IMG/VR virus record: IMGVR_UViG_3300045988_151351
Location: 64,001-128,000 of that record
Length of the DNA stretch: 64,000 bases
Origin: a virus
Reading direction: 5' to 3' (one strand)
A model generated the notes under the pieces. That model was not told the DNA's origin, ran no database searches, and saw only the letters and a program-made list of their open reading frames with translations. The position numbers were made by a program, and so were the translations under genes. Shown here piece after piece: positions 45,525 to 60,345 of this stretch (position 1 is its first letter; every line of letters starts with the position of its first letter).

Positions 45525-48500
45525 GTTTTTTTCCTCCTTTAACTCTTTCACTTGAAGCTTTAATTCTTCAATCTCTTTCATTAAATCTTGTGTGACTGCA
45601 ATATTTAATGTAAATAAACTATTATAATTTAATGATAATAATTGTTTTTCATCTTTTTTTATTAAACTATTATCATTTAAATTATTTTCCTGTAAAATAT
45701 TTTCAATATCCTAAGCAATAAAACCTAAATAAGTTCTATCAGATAATTTATATTTATAACTAACAGGTTTTAATTCACTAAATAATTTTTTATAATCATT
45801 AATATGATTATAACTAATATTAGTTTTTAATCGTTTATCAGATTTTACACTAATTTCTTCGCTAGAGAAACACCCTGAACCTGTTACATAAATCTAATTA
45901 CCATAATAATACATAGAAGCACCACTATTAGAAGCAGCAACATATCCTCCATTAGCAGCATACATCTAAATACCTCTTGTACTTCCTGCTCCACTACTAC
46001 CTACATAAGAATACTCAATTCCACCATAGCCACTACGAGAAGAATCTAATTTTGAAGCTAAACCATTAATTGCACTCTATGCCTAAGAAGCAGCACTCTA
46101 TGCCTATTGAGCTGCGCTAGCAGCAGCATTAGCAGCCTCTTTAGCATCTTCAGCTGTCGTCTATAAATATGTTAAAATTGAATTTAATGAAGTAGTATCA
46201 TTATTATCAAACCAACTTAAACGCCCATTTTTATATTTAATATAAATATCTCCATTGAATGTTCCTGTATTAGCCCACACATACCCATTATTTAAATCAA
46301 TCTTCATACCAATTTTACCATTATCAGCATAATTTTTTGATTGTAAATAATAACTATTATTACCAACATTCATTAAAGTATCATATCCAACTGGATCTCG
46401 AATAGTCAAATAATTTGTGCTATTAGCACCGCTATTAATTGTAAAAACTGAACTGCCTTTTATTTTACAATCTAATAAATTACTCTCTAAATTAAGTAAC
46501 ATACCATTACCATTAGTAATATCATAAGTAGCAGATTTTAAAAGACATTGATTACCATCTAATATAATACGACCTTTACCATCTTTACCAAAAAATGCCG
46601 TACCATCTTCTCTTAAAGCGAATGACTATTCTCCTTGATGGAATCCATATATGCCACACTAACCACTAATACTATTATCTGATATTGATTCACCATTAGG
46701 GCTCCAATCGCCCATCAATACACCAGAAAAAGTATTATCATCATTTTTCTTACCGGCAGCAATCTAACTAGCTAAAATGCTTCCGCTTGCTTCATTTAAT
46801 ACTAAAGACTTACCATCCCATTTATTTATCATAGATGAAGGATACTTATTCTATAATATTAAAATAGGCTAAGTCCATAAAATATTTCCCTAAGCATTTT
46901 TACACTGTACCGCATACTAGGGAGCACCATTTACATATATTGCTAAAGGATATAAATATGATTTATTATTAATTACTTTAATAATTCCATAAAAATCAGA
47001 TTCAGCAGTAGAAGTTCTTCTATAATAAGTTCTAGAGCCAGAACTGCTATATACTTTTTCATAATAATTAATTGTTCTATAAGTAGTAGAAATTAAATTA
47101 TTATTACTATCCTTTATATAATAACTTTCTCCATCAATCGGATTTCCTACAATATCAGTCCCTAAAGTTTTTTTATAATAATTTAATTTATTAAATATAG
47201 AATATACATAATTATTATTATTTCCACTCCTAATATAACAATTACTGTAATCAATAATATCACCATTAGGAATTACTTTATAACTATCTTTACTTGCATC
47301 TAATGAATATAGTGATGGTCCAGTATATATAAATTTATACATAATATTATTTTGTTTAAAATAATAAGTAGATAACCGTACTAAATCATTAAAAGTACAA
47401 GTAGTAGTCGCACCATCAGAACTTTCATCTATTTCAGAAACATAGTATTCTTTAAAATCATAAGAAATTATTGTATTATTTTTAAAAATATAATAGGTGG
47501 TATTATATTTCCATGAATTTTTATTAACAGACTAATATTTTGTAAAATATAATTCTTCAAAATCAAAAGGATAAATTGCACTATACTAAAACTAAGAATC
47601 ACTAGCTAAAAATCTATATTCTTTTCCAGATTCTAAATCACTTATAGAAGTAATTTTTTCTCCATTAGTATCATAAAGATTATTTATTAATTTATTATAA
47701 CTAATAATAGAAGTCTAATTATAAGGTCCGCTACTATTAGTACGCTTAGTATTTTTTATAGTATATCTTTTATCAGGAATTTTCTAAATATCAATAATAG
47801 ATAAATCACTTATTTTAGAATTTTTATCATAACTAATATCTTTATAAATTCCCTAAAGAGTGCTATAATCTTCATTGGAAACATCATAATAAGCATAATA
47901 TGGAAATTTATCAATTAAATTATTAATAGAAACAATTACTTTATTAGTTGCTAAATTATAAAATGTTTGAGCATCATAATAAGCAGAAATATAATTGCCT
48001 GTAGCTTCATCCTTCTAAAAATATAATGTTCCATCTATTAAATTATTAGGAGGAACTAAAGTATATTTTATATCCTAACTACTTTGATAAAAAACAGTAC
48101 TATCTATTGGCAAATAAAAATTCAACTAATCAATATCATTTGAACTAGCACTTACGTATAAATATTTACCATTATCATCGCGTATATATCCGCTCGATAC
48201 TTTTTTATATAAATCCTAATATTTAAAAAGATAAGAAATTGAACCATTTGAATTATAATAAGTTTCATTATTAATTAAATCCCAATAGCTATCAACTAAA
48301 GTATATTTATTTTTGCTAGGATTTAATCTATAATAAGTCTAAGAAATTCCACTATATACAACTTCTGTTACTCTATCTTCAAGATAATATTTTTTTCCTA
48401 TGGTTGGATTAGAAACTAATCTAAAAGTCATATTAGAAGATAAAGTAGTTGGAATATAAATATCTTCTCCATTACTATTTTGTTCTTTATAATAATAAGT

Positions 48501-50768
48501 TTTATATTTTAATTCTTCAGATGTTGGATTACATACCGTATATTGATAACCATTAGAAGCTGGATAAATATCCCAATAAACATCTTGAATCTAAGTTAAT
48601 TGTTTATCATTACCATATAATTGATAAGGTTCTTTAGAAAAAACAGCTTCACCATCACTTAAATAAATTACCTAAGTGGGTCCATTAATATAGCTTCCTT
48701 GTCCAGAAGTAATCGGAATAGGATAATAAGCAGTTAATAAATAATTACCCCAATTCTATAATGTTACTGATAAAATATACATTTTATTCATTAATGAATT
48801 TTTATTTAATACTGCGAATGTGATTTCATTAGATTTACCAGCTATAGTCTTTAAATTTACATTAGGATCATCTACATTTAAAGACCATATACAATTATAA
48901 CCACTTAAATCTATTTCTTTACCAGTATTATCATATAAAGAAGCTCTAAATTTATAATCTTTAACTTCTCCAGAAGTAATAGCAACAATTGGGTTACCAA
49001 CTTGATCATCAACTAAATCAATAACTAAAGTACAATCAGTACCATTCGTGCCAGCTTGCCCAAATGTAAATTCTTTTTTAGCTGTATATTCAACATTATC
49101 GCGTTTAATTTTCGCAATAACTATATTATTTGATTTATTCGCACTATAAAAATTATTTACTTTATATTTAACTATAAAATCTTTATCATTAGGATTATTA
49201 GATTTTATCTAATAATAATTATTATCATAATCTGTTAAAGTCTATCCTTCTAAAGCAAAAGACATCATACTATTTTTTGGCAACAACCATAATACTTCTT
49301 GCGCTTCAGTTAATTGACTTTCATTTTCACTATTATTTTCCGTCCCATAAGTTTTAGAATTAAAATATAACTACATAGAACGAACAATTTTATTATCGAC
49401 AGTATTTAATAAATAATTTGCCTAATCATAAATTAAATAATTACCATTAGTACCATCAATGCAATGAATAGATAAAGCATTTAAAACATCAACTGTTGCA
49501 TCATTAGGTACTAGCATATCATTATTAAAAGTAATTATATTGCTGTAATAATATTTATTATTATATCTAATAATAACTTTATATCGCTCATCCTGCTTTT
49601 CCGTCCGAGGAGTAAATTCATAATTAAACTAATTAGTATTATCTACGAATGTCCAATAAACACCACAGCGTTCATCCGCAGATGGCGCTCCAAAATCATA
49701 TCTATACCATAGAATTTCTGCGCCCGCAGGCAATCTACTAATTTGAGATTTATTATTATCATCATCAAAATGAATCCATTTTAAATGAATAGATTTTTTA
49801 CTAACCTAACCATTAATAACTTTATAATTTAATCCATCATTGGTATAAAGTCTTAAAAATTCTCCATTTATTTCATCTAAACCAATACCAAGACTAAAAT
49901 AAATATTTTTTACAAATATATTATTTGGCAAAACAGAGGTAATACCAGTAGTTCCCTCCGTTAATTGAGTAGGTATTTTCTTATTATTTTTATCATAAAA
50001 ATTATCATCTTGATATAAAAACACCTAAACTTTGTCTATGCGTGCAAGAGCGCTAATATCAATAACTATTTCCTAAGAATAATATCCTTCAAAATTATAT
50101 GGATTACCATACATATCTGAAGTATCTAATCTTACTTTATAAGTGCTAGTGGTAGAATTAAATTTTTCCGCAGTAGTTTCTTTTACTCCAGTAATAGCAA
50201 TTTCTAAACCATAGTTACCTTGAACAGTACCTAACTCTTGAAGCCATGCTCTAAAATCTGCGCGCAATCCTAACCGTGTAAAACCTTGACAACTAGATGA
50301 AATTTTTATTCCATTATTATTCGAATCCTCTTCGTCTATTGGAGTAATTTCAATAAATCTTTCATCGCCATTAGCAAGAATACTCCATAAAGGTTTATTA
50401 TTCTAACCAGCAATAAACATATTACCAGTTAAATCAACAAAAGTATTAAAAGGATTTACATAATTATATGGCTTATCCTAATCTTTATCTTCTTTTTTAC
50501 CAACTATAAATTTAGTATTATTAAAATCACCTTTAGGGATTTGAACATATACTCTGTTATTTTTATTATAAGTAGTAATTTGGGAGAAAGCATCAAATTC
50601 AGAATATGATTCATTCTTTACTCTATATTGCCCTTTTAATTTATTACTATCATCAATAATCGTACATTCAATAGTATTATCATAAGTAATCTTATCAACT
50701 GCCGATTTGGCAATAATAGATATAGCTTCGCATATATTTTCCTGAATATTTGTAGCATTATCAGCCAA
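45525..50768 (-). CDS. Giant tail fibre / tail spike (about 1747 aa) with a C-terminal intramolecular-chaperone autoprocessing domain (peptidase S74-like)
   Basis: A GGAGG RBS precedes a TTG start at 50768 (MADNATNIQEN...). Track ORFs 50478..50768, 50073..50267, 49806..50024, 46917..47342 and 46161..46502 all share one frame. Gaps 50025-50477 were checked and hold only TAG. The C-terminus ...GSGCFSSEEISVKSDKRLKTNISYNH...YKYKLSDRTYLGFIAQDIENIL...LMKEIEELKLQVKELKEEKN* carries the S-D-x-R-L-K-x-N-I ... G-F-I-A-Q-(E/D) signature of the endosialidase-type chaperone domain. Confidence 0.5.
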
Positions 50769-50851
50769 AATAATCCCTCCTTTTACTCATTATTCTATAA
50801 ATTAGTGAAAAATTGTCCTACTTTATTAAATATATCTACCCAAAAAGAAAA

Positions 50852-50886
50852 AGGTGAGATCCATTAAGAATCTCACCTTCATTTTA
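50852..50886. terminator. Intrinsic terminator hairpin downstream of the tape-measure gene
   Basis: aaggtgagat ccattaag aatctcacctt. On the minus strand it is followed by TTTTCTTTTTGGG. Confidence 0.5.
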
Positions 50887-53800
50887 TTTACGATTAGCAT
50901 ATTGCGAAGCTACATTAATTAATGTGTTAAATGCTTCTTGAATTTCATTCCTATCAGTTACGTTCGGGAAGCTAGCATCAATATGAACCTATTGTTCTAA
51001 TATATCATTACCAGTTCCAAAAGTGCTATAAATTGGATTAATTGGCATTGTAGTATATCTACTGCGCAAATCAATCTCAGAAGCAATTTCACGAACCATC
51101 TTAATAGAACTTAGCATATTCTAAGTATCTTCTTTATTAAGAACTAATTCTTTTTCATGAAGCATTGCTAATTTACCACTATCGCCCCATTGACCAGTGT
51201 AACCACCAGTTCTAAAAGTCTTTCCTACAGTTTCTTCCCATAGCCAATCAGGAATTTGAGTAAAGTTAGTATATCCTGCAAATTTGCCTTCGCCTAATTT
51301 ATATCCTTTTTCATAGAAAGCATTAACACGAGCAGTAGATGCCATATCATTATAATTACCTTCTGACATCTTTCTATCACGATATGCTTTATATTTATTA
51401 TAAAGTTCCGATCCAACAGGTACAGTACCCATTAAAGCAGAATAGTCAACACTTGGATCATAATCATCATAATCAGAAGAAGAACTGTTGGAACCCGCAT
51501 CCATAGACGCTTGCGCGGCAATAGCCTATTGAATCTTACTAATAAGCTATTCATAATAAGAAATTAAATTCATAATTTCCTATCTCTAACGAGCATAGGC
51601 CTCAGTAGCATTACGAACAGCCTATAACTCTTGAGTTAAAGCAGGAACAACTTTATTTATAACTTCATCCTTCAGTTGGTCACTGGCATTAGTAACATCA
51701 TTAACTTTATTCTTAGTATCAACTAAATCTTTACCTACTAAATCAGTAAGTCTATCAGTTTCAGCTTGCCATTCTTGGAAAGCATTATTAATCTAACCAG
51801 TATAATCAATAATTGCTGTTTTCCATTGATCACCACTATCAATGATTTCATCATAAGCATTAACCCAAGCATCTTGAACTACACGAGAATCTTCTTCTTG
51901 TGCAATTCTATATAAATCACTAGAAGCTTGAATTAATTGAGTATATTCATCAATAATTCTCTGGCGGTCAGCTTGATAATTACCTTCACGATAAAGAGCG
52001 TCTTCATTAGCCTTTTCATCAATTTCTTTTAATTTTTCAGCTAATTCTTGTTCATATTGTAATTTCTATTGACCATATTTATTAGTAGCATCAAGGCGAA
52101 TATTATATAAATCATTCTCAGCATCAGCTAAAGCTTGCTAAGCATCATCTATCTTATCCTAATCCGCAGTATAAACATAACCAAAATTACCTTCATTATC
52201 GCGCTGTAAGCGGACCTTGCCCATCGCATTTTGAGCTTCATCTAGGGCAATCTAAGCTTGAAGAACTTTATATTTAGCTTGAGCAATATCCAACTCTAAC
52301 TAACTTAATTTATCTTTTTCTCTTAACTATTCGATTTCTTTAGAAAATTGATAATATTTATCTTTTGCTGCTTGATTATTAGTTTTATTACTAGCCTTAT
52401 TAACATCATTAAGTAATTTATTCATCTCATAAATTTGGTTAGTCTTTGTTAAATATTCGTCTTGGTATTTAGACAATCTATCCAAAGAATCATTTAAAGC
52501 ATCCCAACCCATACCATCAGTCATTGCTTTATTCATATTCTCTGCGGCTTGTTCCATTTTAGTAGTTAAAACTTCCTTAATGGCTTCACCATATGCTTCA
52601 GCATCTGATAGCATTTGTTCTTCTGCCTCATTAAATTTTGCTACAATAGCATCATAATTTTTTTGTAACAATTCTCTTTCAGCATCATCACTAGCCTAAG
52701 CGAGTGCCGCAGCCGCAGCATCTCTTTCAGCTTTAAGAGATTCATACCAAGCTTTAGAAGTATCAAACTTATTGCGTTTTGTCTAGGCATTACCTTCTAA
52801 TACAGTTAATACTCTTGTATAATCTGTATCTCTTCCCAATAGAGAAAGAATAGAACGATAATGATCTAATACGCTAGTAAGGTGCTCCATCTAATCAGTA
52901 TATTTAGATAACTCTTCTTCAGCTAAATCTAAAGTATTACCATAGTATTCAAGCATTTGTTTATCCAAATCTTGAACAGCTTCCAAATTATCTATTATAC
53001 TGTCATAAGCATCTTGTAAACCTTCTACATATGCTGCTTGTGAAATTTCTCCATTAGCATAAGAACTTTCAAGACTGTTATAATAATCTTCATAAGATTT
53101 CATCTTTCCAAAAGTAGGATCAATCTAACCTTGTAAATATCCTAATGCTTCAGCAGCCTTATATATATTATCTGATAATTTATTAAAGAAATAATCTAAT
53201 TTCTTTAGTTCATTATCATCTAATGTAATTTTAACTTCCAACTCGTGATTGAGAATTTCAAAATTATTATCCTACCACTCGTAGAATTTTTCTTCTGCCT
53301 AATCCTCTAAATCTTCAATTAAACTCTTAGTCTCTTCATATTGAGAAAGCGCAGATTTTAATTCAGCAATCTTATCTTCAATGGCTTTTAGAACACTTTC
53401 TTCATATTCATCCTGCGCTTCTTTAGTCTTTAAACTATTAATATGCTCTTCTGCGGCATGGAGTTCATCATAAAGACGAGTCATTTCCTAAGTATAATTA
53501 CTAATGTCACCATCTTCATCAAATTGGAAATTAACTCCTGCCTTTTTTGCAGCAAGTAAAAGTTCTTGTTTATCTAATGCTAAATACTTTTTAGCTTCTT
53601 CTGCTTTTTTATTGAGTAATCCAATTTCATCTTGAAGCATCTTATTATTTGCTTTCATCGCTGAAATTCTGGATCTACCCCACATGCGATCGGCAGCTTT
53701 ATTACCTTTATCTAAAGAGCGAGTTAAATCATGAATAGAATCATCTATTTCTTTATATCTATCTACTACATCAGATTTTTTAGTTAAATCTTTTTTACTG

Positions 53801-56800
53801 GCTTTAGATTTAGACCCTCCGCCTCCGCCACCTTGCTTAGCAGACGATGAAACATTTCCTCTATTTGAAGAATAAGTAGCAGCAGGTGTATTACCACCTT
53901 TTACAGTAGAACTAGTCACTTCTGGAGTTAAAGGATTATCTTCAGTTGAAATCTAAGCTACAGCAGCATATCCTTCAACTTCCATTGGAGGGCCAGGGAC
54001 AGAATACTTTTTAATTGGAGTATAACTTACAGTATGAGGAGTTCCATCTGCTTCTTCACCTTGTACAACAGTCTGTTCTGCTAATGGAATAATATGTTCC
54101 TCATAAGTAGGTACTTCCATAGGCTATTTGACGTAAGTTGTATCAACTTTAGCTCGTACCCCAAGAGATCCTAAGAAACCATTCATGTCCTCAACAGACA
54201 TACCAGTTTCTAAAGCCATTCTATTTACAGCAGCAATCCAATCGCCGCTCATAGCATCTCCAGATTTAATTAATCCATTCTAGATATCTTCTATCCCTTG
54301 TAATACAGTCGCTTTATCTGCCTCAAATTGTTCAGAATTTAATGAAAATCCAAATTCTACATCAGGTAAATTATTTACTTCATTAATTAAATCAGCAAAT
54401 CCCTAATTAAATTCTAAAGTTTTTACAGTTTCTATAGCAACCGCTTGACCTAATTGATTTATCGCAGCTATATCACCCTACATAGCTTTTTCAATCAATT
54501 TCATATTTTTTGTATTGAAAAATTCATCAGGTAATTTTAGATCATCACTGGCTCCGACTAAATCTGCGATAGCTTTTGTACAATCAACTACAGCATCTGC
54601 ATAATCTTCAGTTAATTTATCAGTAGAATTTAAAGCTTTCTTCCAAGTTTTCCAATTATCTACTAATGAAGAAACTCCTCTATTCATGCGCTAATTTTTA
54701 ACTGCTAATTTAGCGGCTTCTTCACCAGTAATTCCATAAGCTTTAGCCATTCTGCTGGCTTGAACTTCTAATGTATCTGCTTCAAGTCCATACTTATCTG
54801 CCGCCTATCCAATAATTACAGCAGCTCTTAAGTTATCTTCTGCAGCCTATTTGGATGCTTCATCATTAGATAATAAAGCTCTCTAATATTTTTCAATTTC
54901 CTCAGTACAATTATTATAAGCAGAAGCCAAATTAATTAATCCATTAGCATAGGATTGATAATCATCTGGATTCTCTTCTCTAATGGCATCTAATTCATTT
55001 AAAGAACTAGCATTTAAAGCTAAAACACTTAACTACTAATTATAAGCTGCTAAACCTACAGTTCCATTATTATATAATTCTTGTAATTCTCCTAAATTAT
55101 TCGTCATAGAAGCAATGACTTGTTCAGCCATTTCGCCATCATAATTACCATCTAAATAATTCTATCGAATATCTCCCAATTGAGTGTAAAAATTTTGCGC
55201 ATATTGTAGATAAGAATTATATTTTTCCTCACTAAATCCTGTTTTATTTTTTAAAATTTCTCCAGTTTCTTCATTGGTATAATCTAAAATATACTATGCT
55301 GCTTCCTATAAGCTATCTTTAGAAACTCCCATTAAAGCTAAAGAAGCATCTAAGCTACTATCATCGCTGGCAAAATTAGCAACAGAAGCAATATCTCTAT
55401 CTTTAGTAAATTTTCTATTGCCATTATCATCAAACCAATTAGTTTTATTAATAATGGCGCCTTCTTTATTTAAATTAGCAAATTCTGTCTTAATACCTTC
55501 AATACTTTCTTTGCTAGTACCACCTAATAACTAATCTAATGTTTTCTATTGTCCTAAGAATCTATAACCTTCTGAAGTTATCATAAATAATTCTTTTATA
55601 GCTGGATTAATTTCTAACAATTTTTTATAATCATCATCAGAAATTATATCATTAGTTTTTAAATCCTTAGTAATTGAAGATACATCTGAAATAGTTTTTC
55701 TAAAATTTTCTAACTATGTCTAAGCCTTAACTGTAGCTTTACCAGCCTAAGACATAAGAGTTATATAATACTACCAGTTTGCATTTGTAGTATCTAAATT
55801 TATACCCTAATCTATTATTAAATCATTTAATTTAGCTATGGTATTTGGGTCTCCCCAATCTATCGTTGATAATACATTAGATAATTTTTCAGCATCCTTG
55901 CCCGCGGTTTCAAATATTGATTCTAATAAATTAGCTGTATCAGTGCCTGACATATTAAAAGCTTTTTGTAAATTATCAGCCATTGATTGCGCGCCTGATA
56001 AAGTTAAATCAGAATTTTCTAAAAATCCCTTATTAATAGAACTTGATAAATTATTACCAATTGCAGTAAACTTATCATTATAACCATCTATAGCAGATAT
56101 TAAAGAATTAACATAGGCCTAGGCATTATCATAACCCATATTCTGAGCATCTTCGTCAGATATAATATCAGTAGCATTTTTCTTTCTAATATTACTTTCT
56201 AAGTCAATTACATTTTGTCTAGTAGCATTAGATAAATCAGCACTGGCTCCACCCGCCATACCAATCATAAAATTACCTAATCCTTTACCAAATGTTTCCC
56301 CAGTTTTCTCTACTCTTAAAAGAGTTTGATTATATTCTTCAACACTTCCATTAAGAGCATCAAAAGCTTCTTTTTGAGCTAAAGCTCTACGCGCTGTTTC
56401 GTCACTTAATGTAAAATCAGCTGATCCATCGCCTTTAGAATATACTCCAATATTTCCAGATTTATTTGCTACCCAAGTATATCCCATCATTTCAGCATAA
56501 GCTTTTTGTGCTGCTTCATCGCTCATCTAATGAGCATCATTGCTATATTTTTCATCATATAATCTTTTAGTTTCATCTGTTAAATTTTTTGCTAATAAAG
56601 TATTTAATTCATCTTTATGATTACTATTTTTATAAATTGAATTATCCTAAAAATTATTATTAACTAATTCTTTATTATTCTATAAAATAGCGGCAGTATT
56701 AGTAGAAACTTCAGAACATAAATTTTCTAATTGGGTAGCAGTCATACCCAAAGAAGAAATTAAAGATTTATTAGTGTCATCTAAACTATTATAAGCCTAG

Positions 56801-59800
56801 TCATAATTACCACCATTAGTAATATAAGCTTTTTCAAGAGCTTCTAAAGCATCTGACTATTGTTTGTCATTCTATCTTTGCTGCACATCTTGAGCAATAG
56901 CATCTGTCATTGCAATAATCAAAGCTGCTAAATTTGCTACAGCTGTTGGTAATGCTCCAACTCCACTAGCATATCCTGCTATAGTAAGAGCAGAACCTAC
57001 GCCAGCTCCGAAAGTTAAATTCTTTGATACTCGAGATCCAAAAGAGACATTATCTTTTTCGACAGCTTTACTGTTACTTAAGCTATTTGAAGCCATTGTT
57101 TTATTAGACTAAGCAGCTACATTATTCATTCTAGCATTTTCTAATTTTTGCTAATTATTTGCTATAGCCTTATCTAAATCTTCCTAATTAATTTCAATTA
57201 ATCCAGATTCAGCATTATAATGGCTAATTACACCATAAGTTTCAATCAAAGTTCTCGCTGCTTTATTAGCTTCAATAACTGCCTATTTAAATTCTTCTGT
57301 TCCTTTAGTTAATGTATCTATATTGTCCTATATTTCAGAATACTGATTTATAGTTTCCTATAAATTTTTATAAGCATTTTCTGCTTCAGATAATTTATCA
57401 GCAGCATCTTTAGCATCATTAGACATCTAATCAAAATGTTTCTAAGCTTTTTCAGAAATAGTATCTAAATTAGCTACAACTACTGCTATAACTGCTATTA
57501 AGGCTGTTAAAGCTAAAGATACCCATCCTATTGGACCTAAAGCCGCATTAAAAGCTGCTCCAAATCCTGCTACAGCGGGTGTAGCCCCTGCGGCGCTCGC
57601 TCCAGTTTTTATAATAGCACCAGACAATAACTAAAAAGTAGGAGCTAAAGTAGTGATCATCATTAATACTGTTCCAGCAATACTTAAAAATTTTTCCCAT
57701 CCTGACATATCAGGATCTTCTATAGTATTAACAATACCACCTATCATCTATAAAGCACTTACTACTGATAAGGCACTATTGGCACAAGTAACTAAATTAT
57801 CTGACCAAATTTTTTGTTTCCCCTATGCTTCAGCAAGAGCATCTCCTACACCCTTTATTCTACCCTATAAAGTGTCACTTTCCTATTTTAAACGCTATTC
57901 TGCGTTTGCTGTTTCTACTACGCTATTAGCATAATCTCTCATTTCTTTTTCACTAGACTAAGTAGCTTGAGCGGCAGATCCTATTACACTATCATTTATA
58001 TGAGTGAAAAGACCCAGTATAGACTAAAGCGTTTCTTCTAAATCTTCTGCTTTAATATCTCCGTTAGACAATTCCTAGGGTAATTTTTGCAATGAAGCAA
58101 TATCCTCATCAGAAATAATATCAATTCCTTCATTTTCTTTCATTGATGATAAAATTGTTGCAAACTATTCTAATTTATTTGTAACGTTAGTACTATCTTT
58201 ACCAATATCTTGAATAACTTTTCTTGCTTTGTCTAATCCCATTGTAGATGCACGAACTTTTTTTAACTATTCACTAGTTGCTCCTGCACTTTGACCTGGT
58301 GCGATATTGGGATTAGAAGCATTATTAGCATATATCTAAACCGCAGCATTAGCTTTTTTCTATTTGGCAATATCTAAAGCTTTAGCTGTTTCAATAGTCT
58401 ATTTTCCCTAAACATCAAGTTGATCCATCATTTGTTGAGTGACCTATTTTTCTAACTCACTCATTTGACCAACCTTATCTATCATCTTATCCTAAAGATT
58501 TAATTTCTAAATATAAAATTCACTAGCTGTACTATTAGCTGTAGTATCAGGAGTTGTATCATCATTGGCTAATACTTCAGCAGCATTTCTAATAAAGTTC
58601 TATTTTTCTGTTCTTACTTGTTGCTATCCTTGAGGAGTCATCATTTTTAAGTTATAAGCAATATTACTAATAGATTGAGCAATCTAATTTGAAAATACTT
58701 TAGTTAAAATAGCTCCTAAAGTAGTTAATACTCCTCCAAGGCCTCCAACAGTATCAATTAAATTATCAAAATAAGTGAGAAGTTTTTCAATAATATTTAA
58801 AGCTTTAATAAATGCTTTATCATCAACTAAATTAGCATAAATTCCTTCCCAAGCCGCGCGAACACGATTACGAGCAGCTTCCCAAGATTCAGCATAAATA
58901 TCAGCCTATTCCTATAAAGAACCATCGGCATTTTTAGCACGTTTAGCATTCTCTTTATAGAAATCATAATTATTCATTAAAGTCATTAATTGAGTGTATT
59001 GACGCACACCAGCTACAGTCTATGCCAAAGCCACCTAAGTATCTCTACTCCAAGTATTCCACTTAGTACCCATTTCATCTAAGATAACATCCATATCTTT
59101 TAATTGGCCATCAGTATCCTTAACTTCAATACCAACTTTATGTAAGGCAGTAGAATATTTATTTAAATCAGTACCATCATCTAGTGTCTCCCCTAACTTT
59201 AAACCTTGAATACGAGAGAATAAAGTTTTTAAAGCAGTACCAACTATATCAGCACTTTCACGAGTTGTAGCTGTAATCGTAGCTAAAGCTGCTGCCGCAT
59301 TATCAAAACTTAAACCAATAGTACTAGCAACAGAGGAGAACTTCTATAAACCTTCTGAAATTTCACTACTACTAGATGCAGTATCCGCGCCTAAACGTAC
59401 CATCGCATCAGCATAATGTTCCAAAGATTCAGAACCATCATAAAAGTTATTCCATACAGAAGTTAATTGATCAGAAATAGTGGTAGCACTTTCATTTGCT
59501 ACATTAGCCATTTTTAAAGTAATCGCTGTTCTATCTTCTACCTCTTTATCACTTAAACCCTATTGATAGTAAATCAAAGAAGCATTAGTATAATCTAATG
59601 TAGTTGCACTTAACGCTTTCGCAGCTTTATTTGCTCTTTCAGCAAATTTATCCATATAATCAATATTATGTCCAGTGACTATACGGATTTTATTTAAAGA
59701 TTCATTTAAATCTTTAGCATATCCATAAGCCGACTAAATAGCTCCTATAAATCCATGAAGCATACTAGATGACATCTGCCAACGAGCAGTATTCTTCAAT

Positions 59801-60216
59801 GAAACCCATAACTCCTATACAGCAGCATTAGAACGCTTAATTGGAATTTCAGCATTGGTAATAGATTGCGCTAATTGCTAAAATGCTTTTTGTCCGTCTG
59901 GACCTAATTTCTATAATTGTTCACCATATGCAGATAATGTCTTACCACTACGTTTTAATGATTCATTTAATTTAGAAAAATCTAAATTACCAGTATTTAC
60001 ATTAACAGCCTAATCTAAATGCGCTTTTAATTCAGCTACCGCAGTAGTAGCATCATTTAATTCTTTTGTTAAACCTAAGCCGGTTGATTGCTTAGTAGAA
60101 GTATTTACCAAACGAGTTAAAGAATTCTACAATTCTTGTAACTAACTTCGTGCGGTTCCGGTGTCCGCAGTAAAAGCTAGATTAACTGTATATTCTTTAT
60201 TCAAACCTTTTGCCAT
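50884..60216 (-). CDS. Tail tape-measure protein (about 3110 aa, many TAG codons)
   Basis: An AAGGAG RBS precedes ATG 60216 (MAKGLNKEYTVNLAFTADTGTARS...), a TMP-core-like N-terminal region. Nine track ORFs between 51121 and 57627 all share one frame (coordinates congruent to 0 mod 3). Gaps 52672-52890, 53485-53490 and 57097-57441 were checked and hold only TAG. The protein is long and alpha-helical/coiled-coil, with hydrophobic segments near 56872-57627 (GAGVGSALTIAGYASGVGALP..., LALTALIAVIAVVVANL). It ends ...QYANRK* at TAA 50884-50886. Confidence 0.5.
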
Positions 60217-60261
60217 TGATATAACTCCTTTCTCTCTTGTCGTTTTTATCTTACGTAAAAT

Positions 60262-60300
60262 AAAAAAATCGCCTGAGAATAATCATATATTCTCAGGCGA
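60262..60300. terminator. Intrinsic terminator hairpin
   Basis: cgcctgagaat aatcatat attctcaggcg. On the minus strand it is followed by ATTTTTTTATTTT. It lies between the chaperone-like gene and the TMP gene. Confidence 0.5.
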
Positions 60301-60345
60301 CTATTCCTATTTAATTTTAAAATAAAAATAAATATATTAACTTAA

